From assembly GCA_964016885.1 (NCBI GenBank), contig OZ024759.1, forward strand, positions 8,432,001-8,496,000: DNA of 64,000 bases, read 5' to 3'. This document shows positions 1 to 12,388 of the stretch, in pieces. Source of the DNA: Eledone cirrhosa. Its lineage: Eukaryota. The notes under the pieces were generated by a model. That model was not told the origin of the DNA. It did not search any database and saw only the letters and a list, made by a program, of their open reading frames with translations. Each line of letters opens with the position of its first letter. The first letter of the stretch is position 1. The position numbers were made by a program, and so were the translations under genes.

Positions 1-3000
1 TTAGACACACAACCATCTTATTTCCTTGACCCTTTCAACAGTAGTGACGTCACCTGGTCTGACGTCAGGACAGGCCTTCCTGTTAGACACACAACCATCT
101 TATTTCCTTGACCCTTCCAACACTAGTGAGGTCACCTGGTCTGACGTCAGGACAGGTCTTCCTGTTAGACACACAACCATCTTATTTCCTTGACCCTACC
201 AACAATAGTGAGGTCACCTGGTCTGACGTTAGGACAGGCCTTCCTGTTAGACACACAACCCCCTTATTTCCTTGACCCTACCAACAATAGTGAGGTCACC
301 TGGTCTGACGTCAGGACAGGCCTTCCTGTTAGACACACAACCCCCTTATTTCCTTGACCCTACCAACAATAGTGAGGTCACCTGGTCTGACGTTAGGACA
401 GGCCTTCCTGTTAGACACACAACCAACTTATTTCCTTGACCCTTCCAACAGTAGTGACGTCACCTGGTCTGACGTCAGGACAGGCCTTCCTGTTAGACAC
501 ACAACCATCTTATTTCCTTGACCCTTCCAACAGTAGTGACGTCACCTGGTCTGACGTCAGGACAGGCCTTCCTGTTAGACACACAACCATCTTATTTCCT
601 TGACCCTTCCAACAGTAGTGACGTCACCTGGTCTGACGTCAGGACAGGCCTTCCTGTTAGACACACAACCATCTTATTTCCTTGACCCTTCCAACAGTAG
701 TGACGTCACCTGGTCTGACGTCAGGACAGGCCTTCCTGTTAGACACACAACCATCTTATTTCCTTGACCCTTCCAACAGTAGTGACGTCACCTGGTCTGA
801 CGTCAGGACAGGCCTTCCTGTTAGACACACAACCATCTTATTTCCTTGACCCTTCCAACACTAGTGAGGTCACCTGGTCTGACGTCAGGACAGGCCTTCC
901 TGTTAGACACACAACCATCTTATTTCCTTGACCCTACCAACAATAGTGAGGTCACCTGGTCTGACGTTAGGACAGGCCTTCCTGTTAGACACACAACCCC
1001 CTTATTTCCTTGACCCTACCAACAATAGTGAGGTCACCTGGTCTGACGTCAGGACAGGCCTTCCTGTTAGACACACAACCCCCTTATTTCCTTGACCCTA
1101 CCAACAATAGTGAGGTCACCTGGTCTGACGTCAGGACAGGCCTTCCTGTTAGACACACAACCATCTTATTTCCTTGACCCTTCCAACAGTAGTGACGTCA
1201 CCTGGTCTGACGTCAGGACAGGCCTTCCTGTTAGACACACAACCATCTTATTTCCTTGACCCTTTCAACAGTAGTGACGTCACCTGGTCTGACGTCAGGA
1301 CAGGCCTTCCTGTTAGACACACAACCATCTTATTTCCTTGACCCTTCCAACACTAGTGAGGTCACCTGGTCTGACGTCAGGACAGGTCTTCCTGTTAGAC
1401 ACACAACCATCTTATTTCCTTGACCCTACCAACAATAGTGAGGTCACCTGGTCTGACGTTAGGACAGGCCTTCCTGTTAGACACACAACCCCCTTATTTC
1501 CTTGACCCTACCAACAATAGTGAGGTCACCTGGTCTGACGTCAGGACAGGCCTTCCTGTTAGACACACAACCCCCTTATTTCCTTGACCCTACCAACAAT
1601 AGTGAGGTCACCTGGTCTGACGTTAGGACAGGCCTTCCTGTTAGACACACAACCAACTTATTTCCTTGACCCTTCCAACAGTAGTGACGTCACCTGGTCT
1701 GACGTCAGGACAGGCCTTCCTGTTAGACACACAACCATCTTATTTCCTTGACCCTTCCAACAGTAGTGAGGTCACCTGGTCTGACGTCATGACAGGCCTT
1801 CCTGTTAGACACACAACCATCTTATCTCCTTGACCCTTCCAACAGTAGTGACGTCATCTGGTCTGACGTCAGGACAAGCCTTCCTGTTAGACACACAACC
1901 CCCTTATTTCCTTGACCCTTCCAACAGTAGTGACGTCACCTGGTCTGACGTCAGGACAGGCCTTCCTGTTAGACACACAACCAACTTATTTCCTTGACCC
2001 TTCCAACAGTAGTGACGTCACCTGGTCTGACGTCAGGACAGGCCTTCCTGTTAGACACACAACCATCTTATTTCCTTGACCCTTCCAACAGTAGTGAGGT
2101 CACCTGGTCTGACGTCAGGACAGGCCTTCCTGTTAGACACACAACCATCTTATTTCCTTGACCCTTCCAACAGTAGTGAGGTCACCTGGTCTGACGTCAT
2201 GACAGGCCTTCCTGTTAGACACACAACCAACTTATTTCCTTGACCCTTCCAACAGTAGTGACGTCACCTGGTCTGACGTCATGACAGGCCTTCCTGTTAG
2301 ACACACAACCATCTTATTTCCTTGACCCTTCCAACAGTAGTGACGTCACCTGGTCTGACGTCGGGACAGGCCTTCCTGTTAGACACACAACCATCTTATT
2401 TCCTTGACCCTTCCAACAGTAGTGACGTCACCTGGTCTGACGTCAGGACAGGCCTTCCGGTTAGACACACAACCATCTTATTTCCTTGACCCTTCCAACA
2501 GTAGTGACGTCACCTGGTCTGACGTCAGGACAGGCCTTCCGGTTAGACACACAACCATCTTATTTCCTTGACCCTTCCAACAATAGTGAGGTCACCTGGT
2601 CTGACGTCAGGACAGGCCTTCCTGTTAGACACACAACCATCTTATTTCCTTGACCCTTCCAACAGTAGTGACGTCACCTGGTCTGACGTCATGACAGGCC
2701 TTCCTGTTAGACACACAACCATCTTATTTCCTTGACCCTTCCAACAGTAGTGAGGTCACCTGGTCTGACGTCAGGACAGGTCTTCCTGTTAGACACACAA
2801 CCATCTTATTTCCTTGACCCTTCCAACAATAGTGAGGTCACCTGGTCTGACGTCAGGACAGGCCTTCCTGTTAGACACACAACCATCTTATTTCCTTGAC
2901 CCTTCCAACAGTAGTGACGTCACCTGGTCTGACGTCAGGACAGGCCTTCCTGTTAGACACACAACCATCTTATTTCCTTGACCCTTCCAACAGTAGTGAC

Positions 3001-3930
3001 GTCACCTGGTCTGACGTCAGGACAGGCCTTCCGGTTAGACACACAACCATCTTATTTCCTTGACCCTTCCAACAATAGTGACGTCACCTGGTCTGACGTC
3101 AGGACAGGCCTTCCTGTTAGACACACAACCATCTTATTTCCTTGACCCTTCCAAGAGTAGTGACGTCACCTGGTCTGACGTCAGGACAGGCCTTCCTGTT
3201 AGACACACAACCAACTTATTTCCTTGACCCTTCCAACAGTAGTGACGTCACCTGGTCTGACGTCATGACAGGCCTTCCTGTTAGACACACAACCATCTTA
3301 TTTCCTTGACCCTTCCAACAATAGTGAGGTCACCTGGTCTGACGTCAGGACAGGCCTTCCTGTTAGACACACAACCAACTTATTTCCTTGACCCTTCCAA
3401 CAGTAGTGACGTCACCTGGTCTGACGTCAGGACAGGCCTTCCTGTTAGACACACAACCAACTTATTTCCTTGACCCTTCCAACAGTAGTGACGTCACCTG
3501 GTCTGACGTCATGACAGGCCTTCCTGTTAGACACACAACCATCTTATTTCCTTGACCCTTCCAACAGTAGTGAGATGACCTGGTCTGACGTCATGACAGG
3601 CCTTCCTGTTAGACACACAACCAACTTATTTCCTTGACCCTTCCAACAGTAGTGACGTCACCTGGTCTGACGTCAGGACAGGCCTTCCTGTTAGACACAC
3701 AACCCCCTTATTTCCTTGACCCTTCCAACAGTAGTGAGGTCACCTGGTCTGACGTCAGGACAGGCCTTCCTGTTAGACACACAACCAACTTATTTCCTTG
3801 ACCCTTCCAACAGTAGTGACGTCACCTGGTCTGACGTCAGGACAGGCCTTCCTGTTAGACACACAACCATCTTATTTCCTTGACCCTTCCAACAATAGTG
3901 ACGTCACCTGGTCTGACGTCAGGACAGGCC
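1..3930. repeat. 82-bp tandem satellite, ~48 copies (runs off window start)
   Basis: TTAGACACAC recurs at 1, 83, 165 and onward; units are near-identical; array ends at ...AGGACAGGCC (3930). Each unit carries GTGACGTCAC (or GTGAGGTCAC) and CTGACGTCAG. Confidence 0.97.
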
Positions 3931-3939
3931 CTCTGGTAC

Positions 3940-4095
3940 TGCTGTTGTTGTTGTTGATGGTGTTGGTGACAGTTGTTATTGTTGCTCTTGTAGTTGCTGT
4001 TGCTGTTGGTTGTTGTTGTTATTGTTGCTGTTATCATTGTTGTTGTTGTTGTGGTGGTGGTGGTGGTGGTGGTGGTGGTGGTGGTGGTGGTGGTG
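3940..4095. repeat. (GTT)n/(GGT)n microsatellite
   Basis: Direct reading of the sequence. Confidence 0.9.
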
Positions 4096-4245
4096 TTTTC
4101 AGTTCCAATCATGCGAGGCCGCCACCTAGATTTATTCGATTATATCGAACCCACAATTATTTCTTCAAATTTGCTACTTATTATATCGATCTCTTTTTGT
4201 CGAACCTCTATGTCATTGTCGGCGGGATTTCAACTCAGAACGTAA

Positions 4246-4725
4246 AGTTCAAATCCCGCCGAGGTTAACTTTGCCTTTCATCCTTACGGGGTCGATAAAA
4301 TAAAGTACCAGTAATGCACTGGGTAATTGCTGGCCTTGTGCCAAAAGTAGAAACAATTATTTTAGGATTGGCAGTATCGGTAGAGAGTCGGACGCCATGC
4401 TTTGTAGCATAGAGTTACGCCCCTTTATGATCTGAGTTCAAATCCCGCCGGGGTTAACTTTGCCTTTCATGTTTAAGGGGTCAATAAAATAAAGTACCAG
4501 TAATGCACTGGGTCATTGCTGGCCTTGTGCCTAAAGTAGAAACAATTATTATTATTTTACTAAAAAAATGCTTTGTAGCATAGAGTTACGCCCCTTTACG
4601 ATCTGAGTTCAAATCCCGCCGAGGTTGACTTTGCCTTTCATCCTTACGGGGTCGATAAAATAAAGTACCAGTAATGCACTGGGTCATTGCTGGCCTTGTG
4701 CCTAAAGTAGAAACAATTATTTTAC
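4246..4725 (+). mobile_element. Three tandem copies of a tRNA-derived SINE with a Meta-like core
   Basis: Repeated B-box GAGTTCAAATCC followed by CTTTGCCTTTCATCCTTACGGGGTCGATAAAATAAAGTACCAG, which resembles the MetaSINE/RUDI central domain (from memory), and a GTAGAAACAATTATT tail. Duplicated heads also occur at 4860-4945. Confidence 0.8.
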
Positions 4726-4989
4726 TAAAAGAAATATTATAACGTATAGAGGAAAACCTGGTGAGTTGTGAGAGAAGGTTGTGAATACCTCACAAAATGG
4801 ACGAAGGAAAGAAAACGAGGACAGACAATTTCAACAGCTTCATTAATTTATGACCAGCTGTGGATTGGCAGTATCGGTAGAGGGTTGGACGCCATGTTAG
4901 GGCGGTGGATTGGCAGTATCGGTAGAGGGTTGGACGCCATGCTTTCTAGCATAGTTAGCTTAATGTTTCCCTATTGTTTTATCTAATTA

Positions 4990-5532
4990 GAAATCTATCT
5001 AAATACGTTCTAGAAGACCCAGTGAGGTTGCTCCACGTCCACAGTGGTGCACTTGGAAAGTCAAGTCGATATCTATCAGCCAGTTGGATTTGGCTGATGA
5101 GATTTTTGAGGCTATTGCACCCACCCCCTCTATTATCACAAGCTCCTACATAGTCCCAACGATCATCTAAGATGCCATTCCAGTCCCCTGCTACAGTAAA
5201 GAGCGAGACGTTCCCAGGAATGGCTCCAGACGCTTGAAGAACTCTGGTCGCGATGTCCCACTCTGGTCGCGGTCACCAGGCTGAAAGCTCCACCTTCACT
5301 ACCATTTACATCTAGGACCACCAAGCTTCCCTCCGGGTCCAAGTGAATCGTCTGTGCTTTGAAATCCAAGTCTTTTTTCGAAATAGAACAGCAACTCCCC
5401 CTCCACCTTCTGGCTGACAGAGAGATGCGTAGATCTCAAAATCATCGAACATGGGGGTTAACTGCTGCTTGTCGTGAATCCTGGACTCGGTGATGGCTAT
5501 CACATCTATACAGTGTGACCTGAGGTCATTTA
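4990..5532 (-). pseudogene. Tx1/L1-like APE endonuclease fragment (second, diverged copy)
   Basis: Translates LNDLRSHCIDVIAITESRIH...GGGGVAVLFRK...HLDPEGSLVVLDVN...SRTYLDRF, paralogous to 7436-8260; frameshifted; begins at the (ATCT)n tract. Confidence 0.85.
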
Positions 5533-5614
<82 letters not shown>

Positions 5615-5848
5615 TTCTTTATTAGCCACAAGGGCGCAACAAGAAAAAGGGACAATACAAAGACATGCCGGGGATTTTACATACAGTCGTGTAAAAAATA
5701 TAAAAACAAACAATTTCAACAATCGAAATCCCCAATAGGGGGGAGGCGCCACAAATGGGTTGTTTAATACCCCGTCGATAGAACAACCCTCAACTCCAGG
5801 AGCGTGTTGTGCAAGTGCTCCTTTCTTCCTTTTGCTCTCTTCCTCAAC

Positions 5849-8260
5849 CTACAGGCTTATAAACAGAGAAGGCCCAATCACTCGGGCCATTTTCGCTTCA
5901 TTCACCCACCTTTCAGTAAATTTACTGGGGTGCAGTGCCTCTCTCTCCACCCTGATTCTCCTTCTAAAGTGATACTTAAAGAAGGGAATCAATTGTTGTC
6001 CGGAGAGAAAGGCATCTGTCCTTAGTCCTCTCAACCTCGTCCACCATATAACTTCTTTCACCATAGCCACCGTACAGAGGAAAACCGCCTCTCTTTCGTT
6101 TTTGAAAGAGTCTGGCGGTTTGATCCTTACTATGGACTCGGCAGTCAACTGTATTTGTCCCATACGCAACAGCAGTTGTTCTGCATAGTTCCACAGGTCG
6201 CTTACGCCCGGGCAGTGTACAATTGCGTGCAGAACTGTTTCAATGTCCTGCGCACATCTTGGATACGTCCTCTTGGAAGGATCCCTGCCAGGGCGTCCGT
6301 GCCTGTAGATCTTGTCACGAACCGGTAGAGCTCCTCGGTAGCACTGCCAGGCCAGGGACCTCTGGAAGTTGTCCATAGGTCCCGGGCGGAAAGTCCTACC
6401 AAACAGACTGGTGAGCTCATCGTCTTCGACGCCCAGAGTCTCTCCGAGCACGTCGTCGCCCTTGTAACGTACAATCCCTTTATAGAATGTCGAAGTGGAG
6501 TCTCCACTGATTGCTGCGCCCGCTTGCCAGAGGACTGTGAGCGCCTGAGCGCATTCAATGTGCCAGGCGCCCATCGTTTTCGGTCTTTTCTTCACCCAGG
6601 ACTGCAGCTCCGTTAGCGAGACGAGCTGTGGGAAAGCCTGTCTCACAAACGGTGCCCACACCGGTTGGGGGTCGGTGAGGAATACCTGGAGATGCCGCAG
6701 CCTCAGCGCATGTTTGCGCATCATCAGCCACGGCATTCCCAGCCTTCCGTTGGAAGGGTGCTGACAGCAGACGGATCTCCTCACCAGCGGAGCCTGCTTC
6801 TTCCACAGAAACTGGAAGAGCATGCGTTCCATCTTGGCGAGGTGTTCACGGGGACAAGGCACGACAGTCAAGCGGTAGTAGATGACGGACGCTATGAAAG
6901 TGTTCGCCACCTCCGCTCGACCTTTCAAGGACAGTTTGCACTCTGCCCACTTCTGGGTGAATGCAAACACCTTGGCCGTGACCTCGTTCCAGTTTTTCTC
7001 CACCTGGAGGTCTGGACCGAACCAGACCCCGAGCAATTTCACCGGTCCGTCCGTCCAGCGTCCAACGACGCTGTCGGACGTCATCGGTTTGCCTCTCCAC
7101 GTACCGAGTTGCTAACCGACATACTTGTCCGGGTTTAGTTTTGTTCCCGTCAGCGTTTCGTATTCTTTCAGTAAGTTGTCGATCACCCCGATTTCCGAGG
7201 TGCTCGACACCATTACCATCACGCAGCCTTCGTGTTTGGCATCGAAGAACTGGTCCAGTGCCGTTCTCGACGCTAACACTCTAGCCGCGTTGCCACTTCT
7301 AAGTGCCTCCTCTACCTTGGCTACTAGTTCTCTTTCTATTCTGTTTTTCTCTAAGGCTAACTCTCTGCTATACCCTATCGATTCTATTCTAATTGCTTTC
7401 TTGAGAGAATACCACCATCTATTGTTGACGATGGCTCACGTTAACTGTTGCTTGACTTGTCTACTTATCCGTTCACTGTAAGCTTTACGTGCCGGTAACG
7501 ACACGTTCAGCTTCCAGTATCCGGGACCCTGTCTATGTATTCTATCACGGTTGACTAAGCAGACGACTAACTTGTGATCTGAATAGGCAACAATGTGCAT
7601 TCGTGGACAGCTTAACATCTCCTTGTCCCTTTCTCTAATGAAGAACCTATCTAAATACGATCTAGATGTCCCACTGCGGTTTACCCACGTCCACTGTGGT
7701 GCAGTCGGGAAATCCAGTCGATACCTATCGGCCAGTTGGAATTGGCCGATTAAAGTTTTGAGGCTGTTGCACCCCGCTCTACTGGGACATGCTCCCACGT
7801 AGTCCCATCGTGCATCTAGGATACCATTCCAGTCCCCCACTAAAAGTAAGGAGCGAGACGTTCCCAGAAAAGACTCTAGACGCTTAAAGAAGTCTGGCCG
7901 TGATTGCGATTGCCCGGTCGGGGCATAAACAGCCACCAGTCTGAAGGCTCCACCTCCGATACTGTTCACGTCTAGGACTACCAGTCTGCCCTCCGGGTCC
8001 AAGTGTACTTGCTGTACTCCGACGTCCAGGATCTTCCGAAACATGACAGCCACTCCACCTCCACCTCCTGGCTGACAGAGAGATGCGTAGATCTCAAAGT
8101 CGTCGAAGATGGGGGTTAGTTGCTGCCTGTTGTGGATCCTGGACTCGGTGATGGCTATCACATCCATACTGTGTGACCTAAGGTCGTTTAAAAGTTGGCC
8201 CTGTTTCAAGCGCATCCCTAGGCCACGCACATTCACACTTCCAACTCGTAAGTCAGCCAT
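5849..8260 (-). pseudogene. LINE ORF2 (APE endonuclease plus C-terminal domain; RT core missing; two in-frame stops)
   Basis: GSVNVRGL, AITESR, GDWN, SYLDRFF and SDHK endonuclease motifs; the frame continues through TGA (~7436) and TAG (~7112) into VKLLGVWF...LSLKGRAEVAN...QDIETVLHAIVHCP; no YADD or QG.PLS motifs. Confidence 0.85.
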
Positions 8261-8344
8261 GTTGGTGGAGAAGAGTTGGTGAAAAGGACGAAAAGGTGCA
8301 TTTACCTTTTCGTTTCCTGGAGATCGGGTTGTTCAATCTCCATT

Positions 8345-9952
8345 TCAGTTCTGGTGGGGGTGTTGAGTGGGGTGGGGAAACATTTCAACAGGACACGGTT
8401 TATTGGTTTTTGGCAGGGGTTGCCAACGTCCTGTGAAAACTGTTCTTTCAATATCTAATAGGTTGCTATCGAAACCCTTATTAGTTTTAGGTGTGGTTGA
8501 GAGTCTGCTTTCTACTTTGGGATCTTGGGAGATGACCTCCATTAGGTTTTTGTTTTTTTTGTTAATGTATGTGTATTGTTGTTGTGTTGTTTTGGTTTGT
8601 GTTCATTTTTTAATTTTCTTTTTATGGTGGGCATTTGTGTTTGGGGTGGTGTAGGTGTTTGTTTTGTTGGTGGGGGGGGTGATTGTGGTGATGTTTGTGT
8701 TGTTCTTTGTGTTGGTGGTTGTGTTTTCGTGTTTGTGATTGTTGCTTTTGTAGCTTTGTGGTGTCTCTTTTTTTGTTGTTTTTTTATTTACGAGGCTCTC
8801 TTTCATCTTCACTTGGGGATGGAGAAGTAGCCTCGTCTGGTGATGAATCGTCATCAGGGGCGTGTGGGAGGGGTATGTTGTGTGGTGATGGTGTGTTTGT
8901 GTGTGTGATTGTGGTAGTGTCCGATGGAGTGGGATGGGGTGGGACTGTGTTTTTCAGGAGAATTGTTTGTTTTTTGTTGTTTGTGGTTGAACAGTTGTTT
9001 GTTTTTGTGTGTTTGCTTGTTTTGTGTGTTGTTGTTGTTGTTGTGGTTTTGGAGTAGGTGTTGGTAAAAGTACTTTGGGGTCGTTAGAGGGGACAGGAGG
9101 CCTCTAAATACAATGTGCTTGCGCATTTAAAACAATGTGGCCTCCCCCTTCTGCCGAAATCTGTATATAGTTTGTATTGTCTACTGGCACCCTTTCTGGT
9201 ATCTTGGAAATTCTGTCCGGTTTCATTTGGACCAAAATTTCCAAGCTTGTGCCGTTCCAGGTGTTTCTTGTGGATTTTTGAATCGACAGTATTGTCTTCA
9301 TCTTCCTCCAAGAACCCTGCCAGAATCCACCAGATGTTAATGTTGGGTGGTATATTGGTGATGCTTATTCTTTGTGTTCTTTTTCCCATGTATGTAGGGG
9401 AAAAGGTGTGTGTGGCAGAGGTGACCGGGGTTATTGAGTATTTTTTCGCAAGGGCCTCACTTTTGAAGAACACCGAAATGCTTCCATATAGTTTAGCCCT
9501 TTGTATGTATTGTATTTCCGACATTGCCTCTTTCAAGACGATTTCAATTTCACCTTGAGTAAGGAAAGCCGGATTTTTTTGTTTGTTCAAAAGCGTGCGA
9601 AAAATCAGTCCTTCGCATTGTGTCGGCTTTGACTTGTGGCGGAGAGGTGATTTTAAATCCCCCTTTTTCCTCGAAGGTAATATATTTTTTTCATTCATTC
9701 ATCATTTCCTTCGCATTGAAAATATCAATATTTGTAAAAGTTCCTTTGCTTACTGTCGCAAAAGATTTTTTATGGTTGCTGTTGTTGTTGTTGTTTTTGT
9801 TGTTCTCAATTGCTTGATTTGTGATTGTGGAGTTCATTTGTGAAGTTGTGTTTTTTTTTCTTGTTCAATACTTTTTTGTGCCGTTTGTGTTTCCATACTT
9901 TTGTTTTCAGGTGATTTTTCTCGGTCACTACCTGTTGCCATAGTGACATCCA
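8345..9952 (-). pseudogene. LINE ORF1 remnant with degenerate zinc knuckle
   Basis: RISITNIPPNI and RPHCFKCASTLYLEASCP (CX2CX4H->YX4C), followed by a low-complexity T/N/K tail; frameshifted. Boundaries are approximate. Confidence 0.65.
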
Positions 9953-10185
9953 TTTCAACGCTCCCATTTCCACTTATGGTGGGAAGCGCTTCAATTTTAT
10001 CATTCATAGTTATAAAAACAATTTGTTATAAATTTTCTGAAAATTTCAATGACCCACCCACTGACAATTTAGTCGGAGGGTCAATCTATACAGTAGTATA
10101 TTTTTTAAAACAAAAATTTTGTTTTTTTATAAGTAAAAAGACAAAAACTTACCAACGCGACTGGTACACAACTTCCTCTATCTCT

Positions 10186-10257
<72 letters not shown>

Positions 10258-10494
10258 TAATTTATGATAGTAAAAAATGTCTTCTATTTTGTTTGGTAGT
10301 TTATCGTATCGTATATTGTTATATTGTTTTTGTTGTTTTTCATTTGTTTGTTTTTTCCCTGAAGGGGGGGGGGGCAGCACTCTCTCGTTAATTAGCTAGA
10401 CAACTTTACCACTTGGCTGCTGATATATTATTGTTGTTGTTGCTGTTGTTTTTAATAGAAGGGATGTTTATTTCAAATATACACAGGTGCGGGA

Positions 10495-10697
10495 ATGGCG
10501 TGGTTAAATTGTTCGCTAGGCAACCACCTGGTTTCCGGTTTCTGTCCTGTGGTGCAGGAATGGCAGTGTCATTAAAGAGATCGCTACGCAACCATGTGGT
10601 TTCCGGTTTCAGTTCCACTGTGTGGCACTTTGGGCGTCTGTCCTAAATTAACATAGCCTGGGTTTCGCAAATGCCTTGTAAGAGAAATTTGGTAACT
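10495..10697 (+). mobile_element. Degenerate tRNA-derived CORE-type SINE
   Basis: ...CAACCATGTGGTTTCCGGTTTCAGTTCCACTGTGTGGCACTTTGGGC...GCCTTGTAAGAGAAATTTGGTA; related copy at 14585-14760. Confidence 0.6.
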
Positions 10698-10874
10698 GTA
10701 ATATATATAATAAGTTTATATCCAGCTCTCAACCCAATCCTTAATACGAATATACACTTTGCCAGGTAGATTTATTCTTAGCATATTGACTGTTGTCTAG
10801 TTTTCCGGACTTCTAACTCTTAACTTTTAACGTCTTAGAATCTTTTGGATTTTCGGGTTGTGAAACCTTTAATA

Positions 10875-11350
10875 TTTTCTGTGATAAGGTATATTAACCA
10901 TAGCAGTAGGTAACTTTCTGTGATAAGTTATATTAACCATAACAGTAGGTAACTTTCTGTGATAAGTTATATTAACCATAACAGTAGGTAACTTTCTGTG
11001 ATAAGTTATATTAACCATAACAGTAGGTAACTTTCTGTGATAAGTTATATTAACCATAACAGTAGGTAACTTTCTGTGATAAGTTATATTAACCATAACA
11101 GTAGGTAACTCTCTGTGATAAGTTATATTAACCATAGCAATAGGTAACTTTCTGTGATAAATTATATTAACCATAACAGTAGGTAACTTTCTGTGATAAG
11201 GTATATTAACCATAACAGTAGGTAACTCTCTGTGATAAGTTATATTAACCATAACAGTTGGTAACTTTCTATGATAAGGTATATTAACCATAGCAGTAGG
11301 TAACTTTCTGTGATAAGTTATATTAACCATAGCAGTAGGTAACTTTCTCA
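10875..11350. repeat. 39-bp minisatellite, ~12 copies
   Basis: Unit AACTTTCTGTGATAAGTTATATTAACCATAACAGTAGGT; period 39 (10951, 10990). Confidence 0.95.
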
Positions 11351-11748
11351 CTTTGGGTTTGATAGTCTGTATGTTGTCCCGCCATAAACGGGTAACGGGT
11401 ACGAATGCACTCAAATCCTGCCGGTCACCTAAGCTAGCAATAAATAAATTTTGGCTGGTTTGAACTCCCACTGACCATATAGTGTTGTTGGCGAAGGTGG
11501 TGGGGGACTGGTAGAACAAATAAGGTTGGTAGTATTCTTGGTTGTAGTTGGGTGGTCAGCCACCCACACCCTGTGTCTAAGCAGGGCTGTCGGAATGTCC
11601 TGAAACTTGGAAGGGAGCGGACACTGAAAGCAAAAACATCCACATTTTTACTGTCTGAAGAAAGCACGATATCTAACGCCATTGAAATATGTATAACAGC
11701 TCAAATTAATAAAAGACCCTAACATCTTCAACTTCGCATTTACCTCTT

Positions 11749-11812
<64 letters not shown>

Positions 11813-12071
11813 TTTTGCGAGGTTTTTTATATGAAATCGTGTGTCGAAACAGATATTGTTATATTTGGGGAGGGTCATATTTGCGTAATATTGCCAGAAT
11901 TAATAACAGAACACACTCACTGTTTGGTTGGTTTTCGCTTCTCGCTGTCTTTTATATATATATATCTGCGATCTAACTTACTCGGTCCTCAATGTTGCCA
12001 TTGACTGACCGGCGGTCAAAAATAATACAGATACAATATAGACAAACACATATATATATAGTTTACATAAT

Positions 12072-12118
12072 TTACATAAATCTTTCGTTGCACATCTGCA
12101 ACATCGTCAGTGGTGTTA
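12072..12118 (-). ncRNA. Hammerhead-like motif in the PLE 3' region
   Basis: Minus strand reads ACACCA-CTGACGA-T-GTTGCA-GATG-TGCAAC-GAAA-GATTTATGT; perfect 6-bp stem II, weak stems I and III. Confidence 0.65.
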
Positions 12119-12388
12119 TATTCATTGTTCCTCCTGTTGTGTTGTATGTCTACGCCATTTTTTTTTTGTTCAGTCTGTCTATATATTTATTTATTTATTT
12201 GCTTGTTTGTTTATCTTATTTTATTTTGTCTTCTTTGCGCATGCGTTTGCGTGTGTGTATAGTGTTATGTGTGATGTGTGACTAGTGTGTATAGTGTTGT
12301 GTCTGCTGGGTGACTAGTGTGTGTTTATGTGCTTGTGTATGTATTTATTTATCTTATTTTATTTATTTAATTTAATTTACTTATTTAT

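Larger units (their letters stand above)
5615..10185 (-). mobile_element. Tx1-clade (L1 group) non-LTR retrotransposon, internally deleted, flanked by (GATA)n on both sides
   Basis: ORF1 remnant plus ORF2 with APE endonuclease and C-terminal CX2C...HX4C-like region; 3' end GGCTAATAAAGAA runs into (ATCT)n; (GATA)n tracts at 5533-5614 and 10186-10257. Confidence 0.88.

Noticed and set aside
1-3930. CRISPR-like appearance of the regular arrays (also 28410-31116)
   Set aside because: Units are contiguous with no unique spacers, there are no cas genes, and the context is eukaryotic.
4365-4460. tRNA gene suggested by A/B boxes
   Set aside because: No cloverleaf; the boxes continue into a multi-copy SINE body.
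7436-7438. In-frame TGA as selenocysteine or readthrough
   Set aside because: The element also has a TAG, a disrupted ORF1 and an RT deletion; ordinary decay is the simpler explanation.
10869-11519. 216-aa ORF with 13-aa repeats
   Set aside because: Open only because the 39-bp unit is a multiple of 3; non-ATG start and no recognisable domain.
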